Positions 31,414 through 41,513 of a stretch of DNA of 64,000 bases are shown piece after piece. The DNA is from Candidatus Poribacteria bacterium (GTDB lineage: Bacteria > Poribacteria > WGA-4E > WGA-3G). The stretch covers positions 64,001 through 128,000 of the forward strand of contig CBDBFU010000012.1 in assembly GCA_965205025.1 (NCBI GenBank). Reading direction: 5' to 3'. The stretch's first letter is position 1, and the number at the start of each line of letters is the position of its first letter. Made by a program: the position numbers and the translations under genes. The notes below the pieces were generated by a model. That model was not told the DNA's origin. It worked only from the letters and a program-made list of their open reading frames with translations, and made no database searches.

Positions 31414-32316
31414 ATGGCTGAAACCGTATTTCTTGGAGATCACGAATTGACATTTCCTGGTCCTGACCTGGGTGAATTACGAGATTGCAATAATATTCTT
31501 GATTCAGCAGAAGGATTACATAATCAGATAGCAGAAGATGGATATCTACTCATCCGTGGACTAATTGACAAGGACAAGATTCTTGCTGGAAGACGTGCTA
31601 TTCTTGAATATGCCGAAGGAAATGGTAAGGATGAAGTTTTTAAGACTGATACAGAACTCATGGATGCGGTAGCGGGTACCGGTAGTCCAGGTCGGACAAT
31701 GGGAGCACCTGCTGTCACACACCATGATAATGTATTGTCTGTATTAGAAGGAGATGAGCTTTTTACTTTCTTTCGTAGATTCTTCGATGGTGATACACGA
31801 ACTTTCGATTATAAATGGTTGCGTTTTGTAAGACCCGATGGATGGTCAGGTCCGCATTTTGATTTTGTCTATATGGGAAGAGGTTCCAAACAACTACATA
31901 CCTGCTGGGTACCTTTTGGTAATAATCCTGCCACTATGGGAACACTTACAGTACTTGTCGGTTCACATAACCTACCCAGTTTTGCTCCTGTGCGTGACAC
32001 ATACGGAAAGACAGATGTAGATAAAGATGGAACACCTGGACACTTTGGAAGAGATCCTATGGAAATTAGTGAGAAATATGGTGGTCAATGGAAAACTGCT
32101 GATTTTGAAATGGGAGATGTCATCATATTCACAATGCATACGATGCATACATCTACTAAAAATTTATCAGACAAATGGCGGGTTAGTTGTGATATTCGTT
32201 TTCAACCAGTAGAACACCCAATTGATGAACGATGGGTAGGGAAAAACCCAATCTCGCATACCGGAAGTCAAAGATTATCGTTCGAAGAAGCCAAGAAAGA
32301 GTGGGGATTAGAATAA
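31414..32316 (+). CDS. PhyH-family dioxygenase
   Basis: EDGYLLIRG, PHFD, TCWVPFG, GSH, GDVIIF..HTMH, DIRFQP. Confidence 0.9.
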   Translation: MAETVFLGDHELTFPGPDLGELRDCNNILDSAEGLHNQIAEDGYLLIRGLIDKDKILAGRRAILEYAEGNGKDEVFKTDTELMDAVAGTGSPGRTMGAPAVTHHDNVLSVLEGDELFTFFRRFFDGDTRTFDYKWLRFVRPDGWSGPHFDFVYMGRGSKQLHTCWVPFGNNPATMGTLTVLVGSHNLPSFAPVRDTYGKTDVDKDGTPGHFGRDPMEISEKYGGQWKTADFEMGDVIIFTMHTMHTSTKNLSDKWRVSCDIRFQPVEHPIDERWVGKNPISHTGSQRLSFEEAKKEWGLE

Positions 32317-32327
32317 CAAACAAATTT

Positions 32328-32349
32328 AGGCGCGGACAACACCGCGCCT
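32328..32349. terminator. Hairpin between convergent genes
   Basis: aggcgcgg-acaaca-ccgcgcct. Confidence 0.6.
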
Positions 32350-32364
32350 TCTGTTTAGAGAAAA

Positions 32365-33540
32365 TTAATTGAATAAAGCACGTCTTATCTGACGAACAGC
32401 CTGACGAATTCTGTCTTCATTTTCAACAAGAGCAATGCGTATATAACCTTCACCATTGTGTCCAAATCCAGCTCCTGGTGAAACACAAACCTCTGCTTCA
32501 TTTAAGAGTTTCATCGAAAACTCTAAAGAATCCATGTGTTTCCATTGATCAGGAATTGGTGCCCAGACAAACATTGATGCCTGGGGTTTTGTCACCTTCC
32601 ATCCAATACGATTTAAACCGTCAACCAATACATCTCTACGATTCCAATAGACTTCTGTATTTTCCATCACCTCATCAATAGGGGTTCGGAGAGCCATGAT
32701 AGCTGCAACTTGTATCGGTGGGAATATTCCATAATCGTAATATCCTTTAATCCGACCTAATGCCTCAATAATGTCTCGATTTCCTGCTGCAAATCCACAA
32801 CGCCAACCAGCCATGTTATAGGATTTTGAGAGTGATATGAATTCAACACCAACATCTTTTGCTCCTTTTGCTTGTAAAAAACTTGGTGCATTATATCCAT
32901 CAAACACTATATCTGCATAAGCTAAATCGTGAATTACAATCATATCCTCATGTTTAGCAAATCCAACCACCTCTTCAAAGAAGCTTAAGTCAACAACAGC
33001 ACCTGTAGGATTATGTGGAAAACTAAGGATCAATACTTTTGGTCTCGGCCATATATCTCGAGTAATCTCTTCAAGTGAAGGCACAAAGTCATTCTCCTCT
33101 TCAAGAGGAATACTAACAACACTTCCACCTGCTAATACCACACTATACATGTGAATTGGAAAAGTAGGGTTTGGTACCATAGCCAAATCACCTTCATCAA
33201 TCAAAGCTAAGGCAAGATGACCTAATCCTTCCTTCGTTCCAATAACAGCAATTGCTTCTTCGTCAGGATCGATATCTACACCGAAACGACGTTCATAATG
33301 CCAACTTACCTCTCTACGAAGATTGAATATACCTCGTGAGGCTGAATATCTATGATGACGCAATTCCTGAGCTGCCTCTGTAAGTTTATCAATAATGGGT
33401 TGAGGTGTTCTTTGATTGGGATTTCCCATTCCTAAATCAATTATGTCAAGTCCTTGTTGTCTACGTTCATGGGTTAACTGTTTTAGTTTACCAAACATGT
33501 ACGGTGGTAATCGATTAAGACGTTTCGAAAAAATATTCAT
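32365..33540 (-). CDS. Class I/II aminotransferase (AlaC / LL-DAP aminotransferase-like)
   Basis: DLGMGNP, HRYSASRGI, FPHNPT, HDLAY, SLSKSYNMAGWR, RIALVENEDRIRQA. Confidence 0.92.
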   Translation of the reverse strand: MNIFSKRLNRLPPYMFGKLKQLTHERRQQGLDIIDLGMGNPNQRTPQPIIDKLTEAAQELRHHRYSASRGIFNLRREVSWHYERRFGVDIDPDEEAIAVIGTKEGLGHLALALIDEGDLAMVPNPTFPIHMYSVVLAGGSVVSIPLEEENDFVPSLEEITRDIWPRPKVLILSFPHNPTGAVVDLSFFEEVVGFAKHEDMIVIHDLAYADIVFDGYNAPSFLQAKGAKDVGVEFISLSKSYNMAGWRCGFAAGNRDIIEALGRIKGYYDYGIFPPIQVAAIMALRTPIDEVMENTEVYWNRRDVLVDGLNRIGWKVTKPQASMFVWAPIPDQWKHMDSLEFSMKLLNEAEVCVSPGAGFGHNGEGYIRIALVENEDRIRQAVRQIRRALFN

Positions 33541-33585
33541 CTGTTATACTATCCTATAGACTTTTAATAAACTATTTTAAATTTT

Positions 33586-35013
33586 TTATTTTCCATATTC
33601 CCAATATTCGCATAATCGTTTTCCCCAATTCGAAATTAGTCTTTGAGGACTTGTGTGGGAAATACGGCGTCTATTTAGTTGACCTTCCTGTTCTATTATT
33701 TTTTTTCTATATTTATTGACGATATTTTTATATTTAGGATTAAATGCAAGATTATTTTTTTCAAACGGATCAACATTTCTATCGAATAACTGCGCATGTC
33801 CAAGTTGTTCAATATCCGGTCCAGGAGGAATAAAATCTTCTTTCTCTTTTGGTTTATATTCGGTAATGAATTTATATTGGTCATCAACAATGGCGCGTCC
33901 CCAATAATTGCTTTCAATATATGCACAGTCCCGCCAGTTCTTTATATTATTTCCTTCAACAAGTGGTCTAAGACTCATACCTTGAATTCCATTAGGAGGA
34001 TCAATATTTGCATAATCACAAATAGTTGGAAATAGATCTACACCAGATACAAAATGTAAATTATCTAATCTATCTTTCTTCACAGATACACCCTCTCCAA
34101 GACAGGAAATGATTAATGGAACACGGATACTCTCTTCATAGAGTGCAAATTTTTGAAACATTTGATGACTCCCACATGCTTCTCCATGGTCCGCACTAAA
34201 AATTATCAACGTGTTATCCCAATATGCGGTTTCTTTAAGAATTGATAAAACTCTACCAATCTCGGCATCAACTTTTTCTACGAATCTATAATAATTCCAT
34301 CTAAGGTAACGCCATTGCAGTTCATCCCATGTTTTTACTGCTCTTAGAATTGGGGCATGAATCAATGCATCATCAACTCTTCGACAAACTCGGTGTAGAA
34401 CTGTTTCTCGTTCATCATAATTAAAATTTTCTGGAAGTGGAGGAAGATCATCTTCCGTTAGAATACCTTGCTCAACAGGATTTGGAATCTGTTTTTCTTC
34501 ATGATTATGTAGATATTCACAAACATCATGTGGATCAACATAACCTATCTGAAGATAGAATGGATCCGTGCTATTATGGATTGTTAGAAAATCTGCTACT
34601 GCATGAGTTGAAGCAGAATCATAGAATGCAGCACCACCTGCCCCAATATCTCGTTTACCAAAATAAAGAGTTTCGAAACTGTCGCGGACATTACGACCAG
34701 GAACATGCCATTTGCCACAGTGGAATGCTCTATAACCTTTCGATTTAAGTACTTGTCCTATATCTGGAATGTCATCGTGAAGTCGTCCACCGTTAAAAGG
34801 CACCCCTGTTTCAGATGTATATAAACCAGTTGCCCAACTTGATCGAGAGGCAGCACAAACAGGATCGGTACAATAAGAATTTCTAAATGAAGTCCCATTA
34901 CGATGAAGTAGATCTATGTTAGGGGTGTGAAGATACGGATTGCCATAAGCAGATATGGTATTCCAAGAGTGTTGATCGGTGTTAATGAAGAGGATATTGG
35001 GGCGTTTGCTCAA
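33586..35013 (-). CDS. Sulfatase
   Basis: RPNILFINTDQ, CAASRSSWATG (CxxSR), GKWH, SADHGE. Confidence 0.92.
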   Translation of the reverse strand: MSKRPNILFINTDQHSWNTISAYGNPYLHTPNIDLLHRNGTSFRNSYCTDPVCAASRSSWATGLYTSETGVPFNGGRLHDDIPDIGQVLKSKGYRAFHCGKWHVPGRNVRDSFETLYFGKRDIGAGGAAFYDSASTHAVADFLTIHNSTDPFYLQIGYVDPHDVCEYLHNHEEKQIPNPVEQGILTEDDLPPLPENFNYDERETVLHRVCRRVDDALIHAPILRAVKTWDELQWRYLRWNYYRFVEKVDAEIGRVLSILKETAYWDNTLIIFSADHGEACGSHQMFQKFALYEESIRVPLIISCLGEGVSVKKDRLDNLHFVSGVDLFPTICDYANIDPPNGIQGMSLRPLVEGNNIKNWRDCAYIESNYWGRAIVDDQYKFITEYKPKEKEDFIPPGPDIEQLGHAQLFDRNVDPFEKNNLAFNPKYKNIVNKYRKKIIEQEGQLNRRRISHTSPQRLISNWGKRLCEYWEYGK

Positions 35014-35810
35014 ATTTTGTCTCCAATTATCTCTTTCAATATATATGTTTCAAAGAAATTAGAAACAATTACTGTAGTCTTCTGTTGGTCAATCCACCAA
35101 TAGGAGGGTAAAAGACCTTTACCATAAAGATAAAATCCATCAAGATGTAGTGGGAATTGTAATGAATTGAGGAAACCAATTTTGTTTTTTGATCTAAGTT
35201 GTTCAAGATCATCAAGCAAAACAATTTCTATAGTATCGTGATTATCTATAATCTGATTAGATAATAAGGGGATAACATCAAAAAGAGTCCAATTACATGT
35301 CAAGGGTAAAGTTATATCAGGAATTTCAAGAGTAATATAAATATCGTTTAAACGGATTCTAACCTTATCTTCAGAGATAATCTTACCTACAAAATTTAAT
35401 TCTGAATATTCATCCTGACAACTATTTAGAACTTTCCCATGCCATCCATTGAGAAGAGTACGACTCCAGGTATTCTCTGTGCTGAATTGGAGGAGAATAT
35501 TTTCTCCACTTGTGTCATTTTTGTAATTTACTTCATAATTCCATACATCATTATCCTTTTTCCTTTCAATGCTGACTGCACCAATATTTAATTTTGCATC
35601 TGGGTTACTTCTACCTGCATAACCACGCCAATAATTTGGCAATATCTTGTAAATGTGCTTTATATAACATGTCTCTTCAACATCTTTATTACCAAGAATT
35701 GAAGGGGTTTCATAACCCTTTATAAGATCAATCAATTCATTCGCATAATCAGGTCTATTAGCTCCAGTATTATAATCGAATGACCAATGTAAAGAATTCC
35801 CATCATTCAT
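35010..35810 (-). CDS. Hypothetical protein coupled to the sulfatase
   Basis: Long ORF with a 4-nt overlap with the sulfatase start; no recognised motif. Confidence 0.65.
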   Translation of the reverse strand: MNDGNSLHWSFDYNTGANRPDYANELIDLIKGYETPSILGNKDVEETCYIKHIYKILPNYWRGYAGRSNPDAKLNIGAVSIERKKDNDVWNYEVNYKNDTSGENILLQFSTENTWSRTLLNGWHGKVLNSCQDEYSELNFVGKIISEDKVRIRLNDIYITLEIPDITLPLTCNWTLFDVIPLLSNQIIDNHDTIEIVLLDDLEQLRSKNKIGFLNSLQFPLHLDGFYLYGKGLLPSYWWIDQQKTTVIVSNFFETYILKEIIGDKI

Positions 35811-35885
35811 TCTAACACCAAATTGTAAGATAGAAAACAAACATTTTAAGAAATTTGAGGAACTTATTATCTACAGTTCTCAGGA

Positions 35886-36584
35886 TTAATTCAAGTGTAG
35901 TTTGTTAATATAAGATACACCTGCAGGAATATCACCTGCAGCTGCTTTATGTGCATACCGTGTGGTTTCGGGAAGACGGAATCTTGGACAGCAATCCAGT
36001 GTAATTCTTATTGCAGAATCTAAGGAAATTTTATGTCCAATTGAGACAAAAACTGGACTCACTTTGGACCGTGTTCGTAAAACAGCACCTATAATTTCAG
36101 TGTCATCCATTAGATATGTAAACGATCCCTTTTCATTTTCTGGTTCGGAATAGGTACCACACAATCGGGATTTTGCACATCCAATTGTAGGTATGTCTAA
36201 TATCAGACCTAAATGAGAAGCGAGACCGAACCGTCTTGGATGTGCAATACCTTGACCATCAACTATTATTAGGTCAGGTACTGTATTTAAATACGCGAAA
36301 GCCACCAGGAGTGGTGGAATTTCGCGATATGATAAAATTCCAGGGATATAAGGGAAAGAAACTTTGTATTGGGTTACAATACCGTCAACAATGTGTAAAT
36401 CCGGATAACTGAGAACTATAACTGATGCTTGTGCGATATCTTCTCTGATACCTATATCTACACCTGCTACTGTATTAATTACCCCAAATTCATCTGTCTT
36501 TATTACTTGAGTACGGAGTTTGTCTTGGATTCCACGTGCTTCTTGTGGAGTTACATTCCATGAATGTAAATCATAATAATGCAT
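35886..36584 (-). CDS. nfi: Endonuclease V
   Basis: AGVD, FPYIPGILSYRE, VDGQGIAHPRRFGLASHLG, IGCAKS, RLPETTR. Confidence 0.97.
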   Translation of the reverse strand: MHYYDLHSWNVTPQEARGIQDKLRTQVIKTDEFGVINTVAGVDIGIREDIAQASVIVLSYPDLHIVDGIVTQYKVSFPYIPGILSYREIPPLLVAFAYLNTVPDLIIVDGQGIAHPRRFGLASHLGLILDIPTIGCAKSRLCGTYSEPENEKGSFTYLMDDTEIIGAVLRTRSKVSPVFVSIGHKISLDSAIRITLDCCPRFRLPETTRYAHKAAAGDIPAGVSYINKLHLN

Positions 36585-36741
36585 AATTCTGCGACTATGC
36601 TAACTATGTACTTTCCTCAAGTATACAGAGAAGATATCTATCTAATACTATTCTAAAAATTAATGTCATGAATTCAAAGTACTTGAATAAATATTCAATT
36701 GAACTATTTATCTCAGTTAACTACTGATTAATCCAGATGTA

Positions 36742-36897
36742 TTAACTGTCAAGTATTTTTGAAGCGGCTTCTTTTATTTCAACGATACGGGGTTTTGCAA
36801 TGAGTTGGACACCAGCAAAAAACGCATTCAGAATCAGATACCCGGCACCAATACCCATCAACGAACACAAACCACCAATTATAATCCCGTTAAACAT
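36742..36897 (-). CDS. Small membrane protein (51 aa), not in ORF track
   Basis: AGGAGG RBS upstream of ATG; MFNGIIIGGLCSLMGIGAGYLILNAFFAGVQLIAKPRIVEIKEAASKILDS. Confidence 0.75.
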   Translation of the reverse strand: MFNGIIIGGLCSLMGIGAGYLILNAFFAGVQLIAKPRIVEIKEAASKILDS

Positions 36898-37114
36898 TAA
36901 TAATGCCTCCTACAAACCTAATTTCTAATTAAGCCTTTGGATATGACAAACATCTAAAATTACTTGAATAGACTATTAAATCAACTTTTATTCTTAAAAC
37001 ACTTCACACATTAAACACTCATCTTTTGAAATATTGTGTATATAAATATTAAGTGTTGCATTACTATACGAAAGTTCAATAATACGGTTACATTTTTATT
37101 TATGCAATTATTTT

Positions 37115-37130
37115 AGCAAGAACTATGCCA
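37115..37130 (-). promoter_or_regulatory. sigma54 (-24/-12) promoter
   Basis: Minus strand TGGCATAGTTCTTGCT has GG-N10-GC spacing and points at the 51-aa ORF. Confidence 0.65.
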
Positions 37131-37384
37131 TTAATTGATTCAGTTTTATTCTACTAATAGTTATTTGTTTCAATGTTTTTATTATTTACATGGATTCTAT
37201 AAAACCTGTAATAACAAGCAAAAGAATACAAAGTCACAATTGTCGATTAAAATGAACTATGAATACGGTAGTCCTTCATATATGAATATTATGTAACTAT
37301 GTTGACACAGATGTGGCAAAATTGAAACATATCTATTGATATTCCGCTACATACCAACGGAGTGACTAACTACTTCTCGTCAAG

Positions 37385-38116
37385 TTAATCCAGGAAGTTT
37401 ACAATGGAGGGAGGAACAAGATGTGAGATCTTATCACCAGCATTAATTCTATTCCTTATATCGGTGGATGAAAGATTGGCATAATAATCTGGCAAGGATA
37501 TATATTTTATAAATTGCTGATAAGTTCTAAGTGAAGGTTGATCTAAGAATTGCTTAATTTCGGGAATAGAAACACCTTTTCGATTTGCAACGATGAATTT
37601 ACATTGAGAAAATAGTGTATTTAATTCCTCATGAATATCATCATAATACTTTGGTTCGAATATCCTTACTAAGGTATCATAGCCAACGATAAAATAAAAT
37701 TCTGATTGCTTCGGATAGATCTGTTTTAATGCCGTAATTTTATCTATATAACGTCCATGACTTGAGATTCCGAGTGAAAGGTAGGATTGATTATTAGTAT
37801 GAAGTTTTAGTGTTAGTAATCGTGCTTCTATAGGCCAACCGAAAACATCCTTATCAACATTTGCTTTAGCTATTAATAATAATATTTCATCTAATTCAAA
37901 ACACTGATACGCTAGTTCAACCATCTTCGAATGTGCTAAAGTAAAAGGATTAAAGGAACCAGAAAAAATACCCAGTTTCTTACCTGATGAACTTATTGCA
38001 CTAGAAGATTGATGAAGTAAGACTATATGTGGAGAATTATTTGGGTCTACTTCATTAACAAGTTTTGAATAGATTTCATACTCTGGATAGGTGTTAAATT
38101 TCTCAAGAGATTTCAT
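37385..38116 (-). CDS. Nicotinamide/nicotinate-nucleotide adenylyltransferase-like (NadD/Pof1-like)
   Basis: GSFNPFTLAH, ANVDK, FIVGYDTLVRIFEPKYY, LSSTDIR. Confidence 0.85.
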   Translation of the reverse strand: MKSLEKFNTYPEYEIYSKLVNEVDPNNSPHIVLLHQSSSAISSSGKKLGIFSGSFNPFTLAHSKMVELAYQCFELDEILLLIAKANVDKDVFGWPIEARLLTLKLHTNNQSYLSLGISSHGRYIDKITALKQIYPKQSEFYFIVGYDTLVRIFEPKYYDDIHEELNTLFSQCKFIVANRKGVSIPEIKQFLDQPSLRTYQQFIKYISLPDYYANLSSTDIRNRINAGDKISHLVPPSIVNFLD

Positions 38117-38888
38117 CGTTTTTTACTTCATTCCAAATTTTATCAAGTTCTTCAAGTGATTGATCCGATATATTCTTCCCTTGAGTATTCAGTTTAGTTT
38201 CCATACGTTTAAATCTACTTACGAACTTTCGATTGGCTTTCCTTAGAGTTTCTTCAGCCTGTAAATCAACAAATCTACATAGGTTAACAACAGCAAACAG
38301 AAGATCACCTATCTCCATTTCTATTTCATTCTGATCATCATTCTTCAAACTATCATTGACTTCATTTAATTCCTCTTCAACTTTATTAAATACATCAGAA
38401 ATATTATCCCAATCAAAACCGACGCGTGCAGCACGTTTTTGTATTTTTTGACCCCGTAATAAAGCAGGTAATGCTACAGGTATGCCATCAAGAATTGATT
38501 CTCTATCTTCATACCCTTCTTCTTGACTTTTTATGGATTCCCAGTTTTTTACTACTTCATCTGCACTTTCTACAGCAACATTTCCAAACACATGTGGGTG
38601 TCGTCTTATGAGTTTTTCAATTAATGACTCAATGACATCATAGATATCGAAATTATCACTTTCATCCGCTATTTGCGCTTGTAACATAATATTCAGCAGT
38701 AAATCACCGAGTTCTTCTTTGAGGTGATTTGAATCACCGGAATCAATCGCTTCAACTGTCTCATAAGTTTCCTCAATTAATGTAGATTTTAGTGATGAAT
38801 GGGTCTGTTCACGATCCCAGGGACACCCGTTTTCTCCTCTCAATATTGCAATGACATCAACCAGTGATTCAAATGGTTTTTTCTGCAT
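38103..38888 (-). CDS. mazG: Nucleoside triphosphate pyrophosphohydrolase MazG
   Basis: LRGENGCPWDREQT, EELGDLL, RRHPHVFG, GFDW, EIGDLLF. Confidence 0.97.
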   Translation of the reverse strand: MQKKPFESLVDVIAILRGENGCPWDREQTHSSLKSTLIEETYETVEAIDSGDSNHLKEELGDLLLNIMLQAQIADESDNFDIYDVIESLIEKLIRRHPHVFGNVAVESADEVVKNWESIKSQEEGYEDRESILDGIPVALPALLRGQKIQKRAARVGFDWDNISDVFNKVEEELNEVNDSLKNDDQNEIEMEIGDLLFAVVNLCRFVDLQAEETLRKANRKFVSRFKRMETKLNTQGKNISDQSLEELDKIWNEVKNDEIS

Positions 38889-39173
38889 TTTAATTATCCT
38901 TACAAGTTGATTAACTTCTATAATACCTATGTATGGCAATATCTATTAAAACGTTTACCAAGAAAAAGTAGTCAAATATAGTTAGTAATGTATTTTATCC
39001 GAAAATAGTGGTGAGAATGGTAGAGATGTATTTTCTGGTAGATTGGTATATTGAAGTCTAAGAAAATTAGGCTTTGATAGAATTATAATATTTCATTGAA
39101 GGGAGTTAAAAAATATATTGATTTAAATGTAGTAAATTCACTGAACGTGTTCTTTTATTTTTTAATAAATAGG

Positions 39174-39881
39174 TCATTCAGATTCATTGTCTCTATGATT
39201 CTCTAATAATACAATTAATTGTCCAAGTTGGAAACGGAGCAGCAATGTATAAATCTGCATTAATAGTGTAACTTGTGCTTCAGTTGTCAAATCACTGACA
39301 TGAATGAACTCAACGAATTTTTCTGCCCTATCCCTAACCTTTTCTGCTTGCTCAAAGTCCATCTGTTCTGTATCCTGTGTGGTTTCCTTAATAAACTGCC
39401 AAATCCTGTCTTGAATTTCAAGCATATAGTTTTTTGCCATAACAGTTCGTGCTTTCTTAGCAGAATCCACCCAAATAGTGTTTGCTTTCCAATTTAACAT
39501 AAATGCAATACTATTGATAATAACATCCCTAAGACTATCCTCACCAGAAATTAATTCCTCAAGATTTGTAATCCCTTCTGCCTCAGCAGAAAAAGTTCGT
39601 ACACGCGTGAAGTCTTTCAAGTTTGTCAATATCATTTCATTGTCAGATATGAGTTGCCAAAAACTCGCACTCGTAGACAATAGAGTTTCTACTTGTTTAC
39701 TTATTGGTACAGGCGAATCGGCACGAACACAGAAGTAGTGTATACTATGTAAATGACTTCTGAATTGTTGCAGCTCTGTCGGTGTTTGAAAATTGGTTAA
39801 GCTGGCAACATATGGAAGTAGATGACGTTGAATCTGTGTAAGCAGTTCATCAATAGTGGCAGGTTCGGCATTCATACGCAT
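39174..39881 (-). CDS. Hypothetical helical protein
   Basis: 235-aa ORF with GAAGGTG RBS; no recognised motif. Confidence 0.65.
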   Translation of the reverse strand: MRMNAEPATIDELLTQIQRHLLPYVASLTNFQTPTELQQFRSHLHSIHYFCVRADSPVPISKQVETLLSTSASFWQLISDNEMILTNLKDFTRVRTFSAEAEGITNLEELISGEDSLRDVIINSIAFMLNWKANTIWVDSAKKARTVMAKNYMLEIQDRIWQFIKETTQDTEQMDFEQAEKVRDRAEKFVEFIHVSDLTTEAQVTLLMQIYTLLLRFQLGQLIVLLENHRDNESE

Positions 39882-40015
39882 ACACCTTCAAAGATTGTTA
39901 ATTACCTTATAATAGCAGAATTTTCCTTCTATATCAAAGGCAAATATGGGACGATGGGACAATACCTATACCATTCTTGACATCCTTTCTTTTAATATGC
40001 TAAAATGATTACATC

Positions 40016-40546
40016 ATGAAAGGGAAGATATTCTGGGTTATATTATCATTTCTATTTTGTATTCTTGCTGTTGCTAAGCAAGATGAACCACCAAATATTG
40101 GTGATATGGCACCAGAATTTTCATTACAAGATACTGAAGAAAAACAGTATGAACTTAAGAAATTACGAGGGAAAATGGTTTTTCTAATTATGGGCAATCG
40201 TAGAATTAGGAAAGAGGATGATAAATGGGCAGTAGCATTCCATAATGAATACAAAGAAAATGAAAAAATTACAGCATTTATAATTGGTGATTTACGAAGT
40301 GTACCAGGTTTTATACCAAAAAGATTTGTCCTATCACAATTAAAGAAAAAGCCACCTCCACTTCCATTTCTACTTGACTGGAAAGGGAAAGTACATCAAA
40401 CCTATCATACTGAAAAGAAAAAGCCGAATTTGTACCTAATCTCATCTGAAGGAAAGCTCATATACCATCGTAAAACCAACTTTTCAGATAAAAATTTCAT
40501 TGAGTTAAAAAACAAGATTGATTCACATCTAAAACCTAATCTATAG
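40016..40546 (+). CDS. Secreted redoxin/AhpC-TSA-fold protein lacking CxxC
   Basis: Signal peptide, GDMAPEFSLQD, LRGKMV, FLLDWKG; no active-site Cys. Confidence 0.75.
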   Translation: MKGKIFWVILSFLFCILAVAKQDEPPNIGDMAPEFSLQDTEEKQYELKKLRGKMVFLIMGNRRIRKEDDKWAVAFHNEYKENEKITAFIIGDLRSVPGFIPKRFVLSQLKKKPPPLPFLLDWKGKVHQTYHTEKKKPNLYLISSEGKLIYHRKTNFSDKNFIELKNKIDSHLKPNL

Positions 40547-40596
40547 ATCACTCAGACAATCAGATACATTGAACCTGTAAATTTAAGGAGAGAAAA

Positions 40597-41460
40597 ATGG
40601 AATCAAAAAATGATATAACAAAATATATGACCTTACCTACAACCCTTATTGGAACTGGTTCATTTTTTGGCATCTTAGGTTGGTGGGGATTAGCTCAGGC
40701 TGCTGGTAGTGTTCTATTGTTTAGCGGTTCTATGCTTCTCTCATTGTCTGGTTCAATTGCAACTTTAGTTGGATTATTGAGTTTAGAGAAAACAAAACCT
40801 AATAAACAGAAAGTAAGAAAAATCAAATCACTCATTGCTAATGATATAAAAATCCAGTATCCAAATTATATTCTACAGGTAGAGTATATAAAGCAACAAC
40901 ACCAAATACTTTATGACAAAATGTCTGCTATTTGGGAATATAGTGAATCATTTAAATTAAATATCTTAAAATTAAAAACTCACTTAGAAAAGCTGCAAAG
41001 GGATTTACAGGAGAATCTGAAGAGTAATACACCTAAACAGAAAGATGATACTGTAGATGACATAGCACAAAAGATACTTTGGTCAGAAAAAGAAATTGAA
41101 TTATCACAATTTCAGGAAGACTTAGATACAGTATCTAATTGTCTGACAACATCTGATGTGTCAGAATTTCGCGATGAACTCTCTCAGATTGGTCGTTCAT
41201 TAAATCAGCTTGAAAATGGTATTGGGTATTACCGAAACTTGTTGTTATTCTGTAGTCAAGAAGAAGAAGATAATTACGACCAAATTCTTGATGTTAAAGA
41301 AAAAGTCGAAAAGACAGATACAATAATATCTAAACAAAACACTCGTTTAGAAGAGCTTAGAAATAAGATGAATACAAAACAAGAGCAAGCTGAGAATGAG
41401 TTATTGAGATTTCAAAATCAATTGATTGAGTTTCAAGAAGTAAATGATACAGATTCTTAA
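40597..41460 (+). CDS. Membrane-anchored coiled-coil hypothetical protein
   Basis: Two N-terminal TM segments followed by a Q/E/K-rich heptad region. Confidence 0.7.
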   Translation: MESKNDITKYMTLPTTLIGTGSFFGILGWWGLAQAAGSVLLFSGSMLLSLSGSIATLVGLLSLEKTKPNKQKVRKIKSLIANDIKIQYPNYILQVEYIKQQHQILYDKMSAIWEYSESFKLNILKLKTHLEKLQRDLQENLKSNTPKQKDDTVDDIAQKILWSEKEIELSQFQEDLDTVSNCLTTSDVSEFRDELSQIGRSLNQLENGIGYYRNLLLFCSQEEEDNYDQILDVKEKVEKTDTIISKQNTRLEELRNKMNTKQEQAENELLRFQNQLIEFQEVNDTDS

Positions 41461-41513
41461 GTAGAATTATTAGAAAATCAACGAACAACTCATTGATGAT
41501 ACGGTGTAAGTAA

